From Nageia nagi (taxonomy: Eukaryota > Plantae > Pinophyta), in contig JBITNC010000001.1 in the NCBI GenBank assembly GCA_050084985.1, positions 174,902,001-174,966,000 on the forward strand: DNA of 64,000 nucleotides. Direction: 5' to 3'. The translations under genes were made by a program, and so were the position numbers. Of this stretch, positions 26,547 to 38,939 are shown one piece after another. Each line of letters opens with the position of its first letter. Within the stretch, counting starts at the first letter, position 1. Below the pieces are notes generated by a model. The model searched no databases. It was not told the origin of the DNA and saw nothing but the letters and a program-made list of their open reading frames with translations.

Positions 26547-28150
26547 ATGGCTGATGACGGGAAAGGAAAGAAGCCAAAACCTTCAAAGATAACTGCAAAT
26601 AAGAAGGGTTTTGTAAGTATTTATTTATGAATATGATTTGTTCATTTTTTATTTAATAATATTCATTTTAAAAGAAAAATTAACTTTAATTTTTTAATCT
26701 TTATTACAAAGTAAGGCAGTGGCCAAATTATATAAAATGGCCACACAACAGATGGAAAGGAGTGAGATTGATAGAGAAATCAATAGACAAATGGGTATTA
26801 GGCCTTTAGGTACTGGGCCTTCTGAGACTGCTACTAACATTGATCGATCATCATTGACGGGCTCATCACTAGATGGTAACATTATTTGATTTGTCAATTT
26901 TAAAAAATTGGTTGAAATTACCTTTTATTAATTAAATGTTACATTCAATAAAGATAATCAAAGTAATGTTGTAATTACAGATGTACAGTCAGTCAATAAG
27001 TAGATTGTATTTGCAACATGCAAGGACATCAATGATATTGAGATTAAGATGGATGAAAAGGGTGTTGTTATTAAAGATCATAATGGTAAGAATTGATTTT
27101 AAAAAATATATATTTATATATTTATATTAGAATATATTAATTTACTAATATTATTAAATTTTCTTTAGGGTATTTTTTATATGACACTCTCAGGAAACAC
27201 ACTTTCCACCAGTTTGATCCCATAATAGATCTCTAGTGAAAAAAAATGAAGTAGGTATATATATAATTTGTTATACTTAATTTTATAAATTATAAAGTAT
27301 ACTTAATTTAATTTTTTATAAATTATTATTAATAGTACATTTTACTTAACTTTTTAATTCATTTTCTAAAAAAATATGTATTTTACAGCAAAACAGAGAG
27401 TGATGGATATCTTGAAAAAAGAATTTGGTGATGCATGGAATCCAAAATGGGCATTGCAACAAATGGGCAAGAATTTAAATTGGAGGAGAGATAAAATCAG
27501 GAATAAAATAAAAACTTCTTAAAAATCAATGTAGAGGAAGTATGACTACAGATGTTGACAAAAAGGTGTGGAAGAGCTTGATGAAGAAAGTGGAGAAAGA
27601 GGAAGCATGAAGAGAATCCATTGCTAAACCATTATAGTTTGAAAAAACTGTGCATGCATGATACAACACATCTTCCATGACATATACCCATAAGTCAAGC
27701 AAATCGAGAAAAGTAGGGATTGAATCAAGATATGTAAGTATATTTAATTATTTATTTAATATTATATGTGTGAATAATTATATAATTAAAATTTGTTTAA
27801 TTAAATATGTATTTTTCTAGTATGAGAAATATGGCAGGTATCCTTCAAAAGATGAAGTAAAATTTACTCTTAAAAATGGTTTTCAAGCACTAGTCTTGAA
27901 GATAGCATTCGAGACTATAAGTAATATTTAAATATTTTTTAATTAATTATATTATTTTGATATTGATGCATAAATTTTTATATTTTGATTACTTACTAAT
28001 ATTTAGTTGATTATTCCTTACAGGGTGAGGAGGGTCGATCGAACGGTGGTCGAGATGAGGGTGATCAAGAGGGGTGGCAAATTGCCACAATGGATGAAGT
28101 TGATGAAAAGAGAGATGATGAGTACACTAGGCATGGTCATGATAGTGAAT
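26547..28150 (+). pseudogene. Second CACTA gene (TnpA/ORF2-like), multi-exon, decayed
   Basis: ATG at 26547 (MADDGKGKKPKPSKITANKKGF|GTAAG), then purine-rich exon-like blocks separated by short AT-rich GT-AG introns. Segment VMDILKKEFGDAWNPKWALQQMGK..WRRDKIR resembles the Ptta/En-Spm ORF2 family (inference). Confidence 0.6.
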
Positions 28151-28479
28151 GACCCATTACCATGAATTTATACTTCATGAGATATGTTTTGTCGATTGGG
28201 ATTATATACATTTGATTATTAATGTGTCATTTTATTTATACTTAATGTGTTTTAAGTTTTATTTTTATTATTCTTGTTTTTAATGTTTATATGTTTAAAT
28301 TTTAATTTCTTTACTTTTAATATATTATAATTTAATTTTACATTATTGTATATATTTAGAATGCATTAAAAACATTGAAATAAAATTTGAATGTATATAT
28401 ATTACGTTTAATGTATTTTGATTGTATTAAACATAAAAAAATGGTAATAATAAACCATTTAAAAAAATGATATCAAAAT

Positions 28480-29050
28480 TGACACCTTAAGCATCCAACA
28501 TTTGACTCCTACCATGATTCCTAATGTGTTAAAATTTTGACTCTAAAATTGACTCCAAATGCATCAAACTCTTAATATGTAATGCATTGACACATTGATG
28601 TTTTATGAGTCATACTTTTGACTCATAATGTATTGATATATTGATATTTTATGAGTCAAAATGTTGACTCCTTGTGCATAGATACCTTGACATTTTATGA
28701 ATCAGAATTTTGACACTAAAAGTGTCTACAAGTTGACGTTTTATGAGTCACACTTTTGAATCAAATTGCATTTCAATATTGACATTTTAAGAGTCATCCT
28801 ATTGACCCAAATTGTGTCTAGATATTTACATTTTAAGAGTCAATTGAGTTGAAGTATTTAACATTAAAGGATGATGCAATGTGTGTCCAATATAAGATGC
28901 ATCAATTGACATTTCATAAAAAATGATGATGTCTAAAATGACACATTGTTTAGCACTCCCCTTAGCGTTAAGTTAGACATCAACTTGATGACTAAAAAAA
29001 GGAAAAAAAATACATTAGGGTTTGATGCATTAGATGATGCAAAACCCCTT
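28480..29050. repeat. CACTA subterminal repeat array
   Basis: Repeated TTGACTC / GAGTCA / ATGCATCA motifs in both orientations; a shorter array lies at 18140-18420. Confidence 0.7.
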
Positions 29051-29063
29051 AAATGTAGTAGTG

Positions 29064-30300
29064 TTTATGATTGTGCAACTCTTGTTTTGAAGGCTATTAT
29101 ATAGTGCTTCAATCACATATGACCAATGCTTAATAGATTATGCTTTATCCCTAAAACATATAATGTGTCATGCATATGCATGATCTTACCAATATTTTCC
29201 TTGAAGGTAATGGATTCTTTTTTAGTGATGTTGACCTAGTTGTTGTCAACAAACATGAATTATTTGTTAACATTTTCTTCAAGCTTAATGAACATATTCT
29301 TGTTACTAATTATGTGGTTTGAGAAACCACTATAAAGGTACCAAATTTGATCATCAACAACTTCAAATTTATTATGAGTCAGGAATAAATTTATGTCAGC
29401 TTGCTCTTCATTGAAATTAGATTTTTTTTTGTTTTACTTTCTATATAATTGTTGTTTTATGTGTCCATATTTTCCATTGTGATCATAATATCTTTGGTAT
29501 GAGCTTTGGATTTTGCTTGTTGACCTGTCTCTTCCTCCACCATAGTCACCTCTTTCATGACTTGATCTATTACATTCTCTTGACAAATATTTTGAATTGG
29601 AGGATGTAGATGCTTGGTTGTTAAGTCCAAGCTTTCCTTGGAAAGCTTGATCAATATTTTCAGACCTATCTTTCATTCTATACTTGTAGGTCTCAAGCTT
29701 ATGAGCAATTTAATTAGAGTGAGTTGAGATAAATCTTTAGACTCCTCTATGGATATGCTGATAGGATTTAACTTCTTAGGAAGTATTCACAACACTTTTT
29801 TCATTATAATTGTGTCATCTAGCGACTCACCATATGGATGAATATAATTTACCAAATCCTAAAGGGTCCTAAACTCTATTCATGAAGAACTCAATGGTCT
29901 TATCGTCAACCATTCTTAGAGATTCAAAATCTCTACATAATAGTTAGAGCTTAGCAAATCTTACCTTGGAATATCCCTTATAGGAACTCTTAAGAGTTTC
30001 TCATGTTTCCTTTGAATATGTGCATTTCATAATCTTGGGAAAGATAGACCCATCTATCCCACTCTAGATGGTAAACAAGGCTTTTTCTTTCTTTTTTTTG
30101 GTCTCAGAAAGCTTCTTCTTCTCATTTGCTTAGTGTACTATAAATTCTATTGTATATACTTCTATATAACCTTGCAAAATATGTGTCCATAAGTCTTGTG
30201 AGATGATAAACATCCTCATTTGAATACTCCAATACTCAAAGTGTTCACCATTAAAAAAAGGAATCTACATATGTACTATGTTTCCATTCTTATGTTCCAT
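29064..30300 (-). pseudogene. Copia gag-protease remnant
   Basis: Minus strand: MEHKNGN..FNGEHFEYWSIQMR...QDLW, UBN2-like region, zinc knuckle remnant, WYLYSGFSNH (protease). Confidence 0.85.
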
Positions 30301-30335
30301 TTTAACCCAATAGAATGAATGAATCTAATACCAAT

Positions 30336-31482
30336 TGAAAGTTTTGATGATCAAAGACTAAATGCTTTGATACCAAATGAAGATTTTAATAATCAGAGGT
30401 TGGCCCAAAGTTTTCAATATAACAAATGAAAGTGTTAGTGACCAACAACTAGAGCTAATGGTGACTAACATTTTGAAGGTTGATAAGCTTAATATATTGA
30501 TAAAAACTAATGATTGATGGTTAGATATGTTGTCAATCCATCAACCACTTAGTTTCTGATGACTTGATTGAAAAAGGTTGTAATGGTAAATATGGCAATG
30601 AAGTCACTAAGATCGATAATAGTTGTTAGGTCATCAACTAGAAATTTGGTGAGTGCACATTAAGGAAATCACTATAGTGATTTAGACCATACAAAATATG
30701 GCATTTCATATGTAATTGGAAAGGGTTCCATAAAGATCATCCAATATAAAGGAAATCACATTGAAGTTGATCCTTAAAATGATAATAACAACCTCAAGAA
30801 TAAGATAACTTTCAATAGACATGATACACAATGCTAAGGCATAAACACAAATTTATTCGAAAGAAGTACATAAAATGAAAATCTAATAGACACCCACTAG
30901 GCTAAAATACCACAATAGTGGTGAATATCACCTTGGTTTAGCACTAAATCTTATCTATGATGATGTAGGAATGACTTCTAACCACTAACACCCATAAAAA
31001 TAAGAGATGCAAAATAGGAATGCAAGGAAAAATACAAGGTATTTTCACTTACTATTATACTGCTAAAAATACAACTCTCTCATCTATCTCCTTTATCAAT
31101 CCTTTATAATGGGACAACATCCTCGTGTTTAACACTCTATGCAAAATCTAAAAAATTGATAAATTTTTTGCCTTGATATCTACATGCAAATTTTGATATA
31201 AGTACAAAATTCACTCAGAAAATCCACATAAAGCCTACAACAAGATGGACAATTATGTTTTGTAGGTGTAATGATTGGGAAAAAATTAAATTTCCTTCTA
31301 GAAGCTTGTAATGTTCATTTAGAAACTTGCAACAGATTAATGGTGGGTACTGGAAGTCTGCATTTCATTAATGGCTAGTATCGTAGGTCATTGAGGTAGT
31401 TGGATATACTAATTGTTGGAGGAATGAAGATCATTGATGTCAAAAGATCAAAACATAAACCATGGAACATTACAATCTTTCA
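30336..31482 (-). repeat. 5' LTR of copia element (with duplicated PBS/LTR junction)
   Basis: TGAAAG...CTTTCA terminal inverted hexamers; PBS-like sequences at 30322-30333 and 30364-30375. Confidence 0.8.
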
Positions 31483-32793
31483 TTTATTTATATTTTAAAT
31501 GATTAACTTAATGGTGTAAAATATGTTTCAATGAATTTTTCACTATAAATAAATAATAACAAAAAGAACAAATGAAATATGTAAGAATGATCAAAAGCCC
31601 TAATTATTGGATCACTACCTTGGCCTAATCAAAGAACAAATAATTAGAAGCAAAACTCCTTTTAGGGAAATCTATTAATGCATAACCTTATTATGGGAAA
31701 TTCGTTGACGTACACTTTAAGAATATATTTTGCTCCACTAAAAATTTTATCATGATTGTCAACTTGCATACTATCATAATCTAAATTCGATATTGCAAAA
31801 ATGGAAAGTAGTAAGATAGTTTTAGGCACACAACTTAGAGTTTGATAGGTGGCACTAAAAGATACTGTTCACATCTAGTAATGAGAATCATCGAATGAAA
31901 TAAATCAAGGTTTAATGATAATTATCTCATCATACATTCCTCTTTTTTGTAGATTGAGCTCTTTCATTGGGTTGAGACTCATTGCTTAACAAGCTTAAGA
32001 CCTCACACCACAAAAAAAGGAAAGTGTTGGACAATAATGTAAGACACAACAAATGATAGAATATAAAAGAATATTTTTGAGTTTAGCATAAATAATATAA
32101 ATAATCAATATTTTTTCCTTGATACATAAAATATGATTTTGATATAAATAAAAAATGAAATTTAGGTATTCATTGACTAGTTTTGAGCTTTGACGATAAC
32201 TCACTCACAAAGCCTATAAACTATAAACATCAGTTCAAAGGGGATTTCTAAGTCATCATACACTTCAAAAGTTTACCTTTAAGAATAGTATCAAAAGTTT
32301 TTTTGAATTATAACATAGCAATCAAATATATTTTCTTTATCATTTCAATAATTTTTAGCAATAATTCAAAAAGTGAGAATGTGATCAATTGTTAAATATT
32401 TATTTCTAAATTAAACTTGATCTTTCACTCTTAATTTATTTTCATCAAGCCAACCACTAATTTTCTTTTCTAGAATACCACCATAAAGTTTGATGAGTAA
32501 ATAATATATCATAATAATTCTATAAATGAATTATTCTTGTCCCATAGGTATGATGGAACTTATAATATACTATTTAAGGAATCCTTATTTTAAAAAAGAT
32601 GTTTATCGATTTGACTTTTGACATTGATATTTAATTCATAATTTCTAATTAAATTTAAAGAATATTTCAATAATTATAAAAATGTTGCAATGGTTTTTAT
32701 AATATATTTATTAAAAAATTCAAAGTATTGAAAATTCCTCCAAAAAACTTAAAATCAACCGAATTCGAAGCATGATACATCCTGCTCCAAGTG

Positions 32794-32855
32794 ATGGAGA
32801 ACACCATGTATCTGCTGCTTCTGGTTTTCTCTATAGTACACGTTCAATTTCAAAG
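32794..32855 (+). CDS. NDPK5: Nucleoside diphosphate kinase (type IV, NDPK5-like), exon 1 (signal-peptide-like)
   Basis: MENTMYLLLLVFSIVHVQFQ hydrophobic leader; GT donor at 32856 splices in frame (phase 2) to the acceptor AG ending 32930. Confidence 0.7.
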
Positions 32856-32930
32856 GTATTTATTCAGTGCAAATTTGGGTATATATTTATCTTTGGTGGG
32901 AATTTTCTTGTTGTAATGGGGGCCTTGCAG

Positions 32931-33167
32931 ATCCTCAGGGGATGCGTGTGGCGGTGGAGATGGTGCGTTGGAGAGAACGTTGGCAATGGTGAAGCCCGAT
33001 GGCATTCTGGGTAATCACACTGAAGAAATAAAGAGGTTTATATTGGCAAAAGGTTTTGTTATAGTTGCCCAAAAAGTAGTTCAGCTGGATGAGTCTGGTG
33101 CAAGGACTTTCTATGCTGAGCACTCTCAAAGAGCCTTCTTCCCCAGCCTTGTCAAATTCATGACCAG
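32931..33167 (+). CDS. NDPK5: NDPK5-like exon 2
   Basis: ERTLAMVKPDG...FYAEHSQRAFFPSLVKFMT, canonical NDK N-terminus; AG/GT boundaries. Confidence 0.95.
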
Positions 33168-34306
33168 GTGTTGTATTTCAAGTTCCCTTCATCCCATTTA
33201 TATTCGCATTGTTCAATGGACCATAACAGAAGACGGTTATCTTTTTTTTTTTGTTCTAAACCTAGTCAGGTTTGAAAGAGAATTTTCACTTTAGTTTTGT
33301 GGATGGTTGCTTAAAAAATTGTACTTATTTGGGTTTGGATCCTCACTTGATGGGTCTTTCCAATCCTTCACAATCTAGAAGCTTGTGAATACTAAGTAGG
33401 ACGCTTCTTAAATTTTGTTCGTTAGACATTAATTATGTTGCTGTACCCTCCTTCCCAGCAAGAAATGCAAGAACTTGGCATGAAAAATCGATTGAGAATC
33501 CAGTTTGGTCTAGCTAACTACTTGGAGGATTCATGTGTTGTTATTTTTTTTGTATGATGGCGACGACGGCTACTTTTCTTGTACTTTTAGATCAACTTGC
33601 TATTTAGGATCTATTCAAGGTGTTTAAGTGGATAAATTGGCTCTAAGTCCTTGAAGGATCACTCAATATTTGAGTATGATGTTTTTTGGATAAGGACCCA
33701 TGCAAGTTGTTTATTTGGATAAAGCATAGTTACTGCAGTTATTAATATTGTAATAACTTTTCTGGGTCTAATTTTATTCTCTTGTTTATTTGGATATAAT
33801 ATGATTTTTGAAAATCTTAAGAATGTATGACTGATTTAGCGTTAAAGTTGTTTATCTGGTTAAGATATGGTTTACAAGTGTTATGTTGTTCTATAAGTTA
33901 TTCACGTTCAGTTTGACATTATTGATTATGAAATCTTGTAAGCTAGTTTATGATTGTATATATCACTGAAGCCTATATCTATCTAAAGATGTCATATAAA
34001 GAGTATTAACTATTGGTTAGATGAAGATCAGATGAATATGTCATGGCACTATTTTGACATTATGGTTCTTGCAGTGTAGGTTACAGCATTGAACTATCTT
34101 AGCATGAACAGTTTTGATCTTATGGGTATAGGTACATGGTGGAGGCCATAGGATTTCATGAGGATTGAATATGTGAACCTGGATGTTGAAAATAATCTAG
34201 AAACCCTACCTGCTTCGCTTTTTACTGAAATGTAGAATCATGGTCTTCTGTTAGCTTTAATTGGCGGCCAGACTTTTTCACAGTTCATGGATTAGGTGGA
34301 TTGCAG

Positions 34307-34414
34307 TGGTCCGGTTGTTGCCATGGTGCTGGAGAAAGAGGATGCTGTTGCTCAATGGCGTGCACTGATTGGGCCTACAGATGCAAGAAAAGCGAAGATT
34401 TCACACCCTCAAAG
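34307..34414 (+). CDS. NDPK5: NDPK5-like exon 3
   Basis: SGPVVAMVLEKEDAVAQWRALIGPTDARKAKISHPQ; TTGCAG acceptor, GT donor, phase-compatible. Confidence 0.95.
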
Positions 34415-34989
34415 GTTTACCTCGAGACCTGCTATGTTTTTCCATTATGTTCTAATCGTTGTTTTATTGACCTAGTTGGGGTTATGCTTCTTGTTATATA
34501 TCCTTTCTTGTTAGACTAGGATTATTACTGGTTTCAAGATGCCATTAACACTTGATTTGTAAAATCCATGAATTAATGAAATAGATTCAAGAGGGACTAG
34601 TTTGTTCTTATTAAAATTAAAGTAACTTCATTCTAGCATATCACATTAGATTTCTAGAGTCAGATTACAGTTTATATTTATAATAGTCAAAATGAAAAGT
34701 CTGTTGCAGTTAAGGGTTAAAATGCAAGCACTGGCTTTGAACTTATAATGTGATTCAGAGCATGAACACGATATCATTTACGCAATGCATCGCCATATCA
34801 ATTGCAAATTGAAATGTAACCGCAAGAACTAAGAAGTGTCCATTGAAAGCTGAAAATATTGAAAATTGAAATGAATCAAATTTCAGATTGCAACTCCATA
34901 GCTGGCTTGTTGCCCTTCTTGGAGTGAATTTTTTCGAAGGTACTCTAATTGTCCTTGCATCTTGAAGCATTGCATGTTTGATTGAGGAT

Positions 34990-37900
34990 ACCGATGGCTA
35001 TTTTTTGCAAGTTGGGTGTATCATTGCTAAAATTATTCCACCGTAAATACGAATCAAATTAGAAAAAAATAAATTTGGTAAAAGACTAAATGTATTAAAC
35101 GAAATGAACAATTTAAAATATTTAGTTTCCTCTCATAGAGAGAGCTCTCTATGTGCATCCCTAGTAGTATCAAAGCTAAAGAAGCTAGTTGCATCCTCGT
35201 ATATGTCAAGGTCCATGAGGATTTGGTTATGTATGTTGGGATTGGTCACCATCATCCATATGCATGTAACAAAGCCTCTCAAAACCTTATGATCAATCAT
35301 GTATGTGGAACATGGTGCAAACAATAAGCCAAGGTTCAACAAGGCCCTTGATGCATGAAAAGGGCGATGGAGGATTTTGTTCCATCATTCATCAATGATG
35401 CCTTAAAAGATTGTGTATTAACTCTTCATCATACAAAGTGTGCTTCTCATACCAAACCCTGATGGCCTCCTTGGCCCTATACAATGGCCTCGTGTAAGTA
35501 AGCCCATAACAAGTCTATCTCCATCAATGAAGCTGAGGACAACAAGTGGCTTAGTTATTGAACAAATCCCTCTAACCACCCCCTAAAATTCCTCCCTACC
35601 TACCAAGGAAGCCACCTTCATTCCTTTTGGCCTCTTATTCATTGGGGAAGCATACCACTCCCTAGAAATGGACATTTCTCGAAGCTCAAGCTTGCACCTT
35701 TGAATTGATTAAAGGGAGATGAAGTTGGAGTCAAAATGTGTGACTGCTAAGCGCAACAACTCCTTACTAAAGGTAAATTGCCTCATCATGCTAAGAATAC
35801 ACCAAGAAATTGATTAGAGTTCTACCCTTTCCATTTGTCCACCCATCAAACATCATAGTGCCACTCATTACCTTCCAAGATTCTCAAATTTCAGGCAAAT
35901 TAAAAAAAAAGCAACTAAAATACAACTCTATGAAAATGTAATTAAATACTACAAGTAAAGAAATAATTAAAAAAATATAATATACATATCCAAGCACTCC
36001 TGCTTGATATTGCTCACAACAGGCCCCTGCAATTCTTTGTAAGTAGGTACCTTGTACCCAACCCCAAATTGAACAAGCTGCATTGAACTTTGGTATCCAA
36101 GCACTCCTGCTTGATATCGCTCACAAGAGGCTAAGTGGGTGCCTTGTACCCAACTCCAATTGAACAATTTCCATCGAACATTGGTTGCCAAAATGGACTT
36201 CTAGCAATGTTGATTGAAAGGCCTTCATAATATTCCAACTTGGCCACTATTAGATCTGCCTTTTTTTTCTCGTTCTTATTTAGCATACTTGTAATAGATG
36301 GTTGGGCTCCAAGTAGTGTTCATGGCCTTATTTTGGTAGAAATTCCAGAAGTTTGAAAACCTTGTTTATTGGAAGAACTATAATTCACATCACTGGAAAT
36401 CTGAAATCTTGAAGCATTTATCCATAGCTTGGTTTGAATGGCAACCTTCTTAGCTTTCTTATTTGTTGCAACTTGTAGGGATTTGCTTGCATCTAGAGTA
36501 AGATTTGCATTTGGGAAAATATCCACATTTCTCCCCATTTGTTATGAAATATGGATTTAAAGCCTGTAGATTCTTCCAAAGATAATGTTTTTACAAAGAT
36601 TACATTGCACCTTCCTTGGCCTGCCTTCCACTTGTGTTATATATTACCAGAATGGATTCAATTCCTTAAGCATTTTATGGACTGATTTTCTAGCTGGAAT
36701 GCAAGAAAATGAAGAAAACCAACCATAAATATCTTTGCCTATGGTAGACAAATCATCCTCTAACCTCTCACAATCACGTAATCACAAATTCATAAATGCA
36801 CAAACTATTGGAACTTATGGAGCACACTAAAAAACACGTTGTATTATTTCAATATATAGAAAGATACATCATAACTACTTCATAACTTCCTCAAAATTAA
36901 CCTAACCATTTAATATTCAATACCTTATAATAACATTTCTAACACTCTCCTTTAATGACAAATCCTTAGATTTTGTCATTACAACATTACAATATTTTTT
37001 TTAATATGTCAAAAGGAATGGGCTCACTAACAAACACCATCATAATTAGTGGCAATGGGCTCACTAATACTCAGCGGAAATGGGTTCAATGATCTCCAAA
37101 CTTTCTTCAATGGTAATGGACTCACTGAAATCCTCATGTGGCAATATTGGCATCACCAACTCTACAAACTTCTGACAGCTTGCAAAATTTCAACACTCAG
37201 GCTTCTAGCAGCCTGAAACTACACTCAAACTATTGTCAGCTTGGAATAATTATCACTTCAAGTGTGGTATTGATTGGCATCTACCATCACTTGAAAACAT
37301 ATTAAATTTTATGACAAGAAATTTAGCAGTTTAATCTCCAAGAGGAAATACAAAATTACCCCTTATCACTCCAAATACAATACCTAACCATTTTTTTTTC
37401 TTTTTTTAAATATATATCAAAAACCTAATAACTTAACTAAATACCAAATACATAACACACCACATTTTTTTTAAAATTATAATTGATTTCTAAAAAATTT
37501 ACTGCTTCTTTAATTCTCTGGGGCAGCCCCAAGATGAGACAATTACCCAAGATAAAGTGCAGATTTGGAAGCCCATGAGTAGGAAAGCGCAACTAGGATT
37601 TGATTGCATTCAACTTTGAATTTGGGTATTGCTGTGTATAAAAAATGAGACGTGACTCATCATAATCCATGTGTGCTCTTGCAAGCAACGCACCTTCACA
37701 GATCTGGGTGGCTCAATGGCGAACACATACATTTGGATACTGATTCTCGAATTGAGTTTGACTCCCACTTTCTAAGGGATGTGCGTGTATTCCTTGACAC
37801 TTCCAACACTAACAAATCATGAGACATCTAGAAATCTTTGTTTTTCCTCCACTAACGAATTTCGTCTGTCCTTGAATGCCATGGATTTGTGAGAGTTTAC

Positions 37901-38910
37901 CACAACTAGTTTCTCCCTTAAGGGAGGTCTATAGGCAGAGAAATACTCCTTTTGCATGCAGACTTGGTAGCACACAACTTTCTCAACAACGCACTCTTCT
38001 ATTTGGCAGATTTTCTATGTGCAATCTCCGTCTACTCCTCACACGCGGGTTCTGGGCACTTCTCAATAAGTCGAGTGCTCTTTTTCATCGGTCCTACTTC
38101 TTTTTCTCTGCATTACGAAGTCTAAACACTTTCATGCTCCTTCGCAGCAGGTGTAAGTTGGGTGCACTTGTCTTCTCCACATAGAATAGAAAGTGAGTGC
38201 AGTCTTTCTCTTCGTGGACAATGGATGTGCTACTTCTCAGGTCTCTAGACTCCACTTAGGTCTTCAACAACGCTGCTTGTAAAACACTATCCTCCTTCAC
38301 AACTGTTCATGAATATCACTACGCACAAACAGTCTAAGAATAATGCACAGTTCTCTATGAACGCTCCCAAACAATGCTCACCTGTCAAAACATTGAGAAC
38401 ACACACAAAAGGAAAAAAATACCAGTTTATTTACATATTTACAGCAGAAGAAATAACAATGAACATCTCCACATAATCTGGGTCGGAGGACAACCCATCT
38501 CTCTTTCAATCCCAGTGCTCTGATACCATATTGGAAATTATTGAACATGCTAAAAAACACATTGTATTGTTTCAATATATAAAAAGACACATCATAACTA
38601 CTTCATAACTTCCTCAAAACTAACTAACCTAACCATTTAATATTCAATAGCTTATAATAATATTTCTAACACAAACACCCACAAAGCTCATGTATTTTTT
38701 CTTCCAAGCTTGCAAGAAGATAGAATAACCAAAAACAAATCAGAAACACCCTTTTTAACATCTTTAAAATTTGACTGCACAGGCCCACAATTTTGTAGGA
38801 AAATCATGATTTTTTTGGCAACAAGAAATTAGTCAATTTTTGCAAAAAATCAACATCGACAAAAAATTGTGATTTTAAAAAAATCAGCAATTAATCGGCA
38901 ATTTTCTAAC
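34990..38910 (-). mobile_element. Decayed hAT-family (DUF659-type) transposon, internally deleted and interrupted by a small LTR element
   Basis: Minus-strand GVGYKVPTYKELQGP (35967-36191) and the ...PLVVLSFIDG...MGLL.EAI segment (35480-35580); hAT-type subterminal AATTAATCGG at ~38890. Boundaries approximate. Confidence 0.7.
36806..38671 (-). mobile_element. Non-autonomous small-LTR retroelement (large TRIM-like)
   Basis: LTRs 36806-36944 and 38529-38671 (~140 bp); perfect 5-bp TSD CAAAC; PBS TGGTATCAGAGC (38517-38528, -); PPT at 36945-36953; no retroelement ORF recognised inside. Confidence 0.9.
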
Positions 38911-38939
38911 AGAGGATAGAACATCTCAGTTGGAATTTA

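Larger units (their letters stand above)
18118..29063. mobile_element. CACTA (En/Spm) DNA transposon
   Basis: Termini (A)ACTACTACATTT at 18118 and AAATGTAGTAGTG ending 29063; 3-bp TSD TTT on both sides; subterminal repeat arrays; transposase remnants inside. Confidence 0.92.
14873..31482 (-). mobile_element. Ty1/copia LTR retrotransposon, decayed, interrupted by a CACTA element
   Basis: Direct repeats 14873-15400 and ~30983-31482; PPT (AAGGGGAGAA on - strand) at 15401-15410; Met-i-type PBS at 30364-30375; gag (FNGEHFEYWSIQMR; zinc-knuckle remnant 29434-29676); copia RT fragment 15992-16180. Confidence 0.88.

Noticed and set aside
28480-29050. CRISPR-like or satellite array
   Set aside because: Irregular short motifs in both orientations next to a CACTA TIR, i.e. 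subterminal repeats in a eukaryotic context.
33168-33294. C-terminal part of ORF 32968-33294 as coding sequence
   Set aside because: NDK similarity stops at the GT donor at 33168; the rest is intron read-through.
37876-38184. 102-aa ORF inside the TRIM-like element
   Set aside because: Antisense to the element with no recognisable domain.
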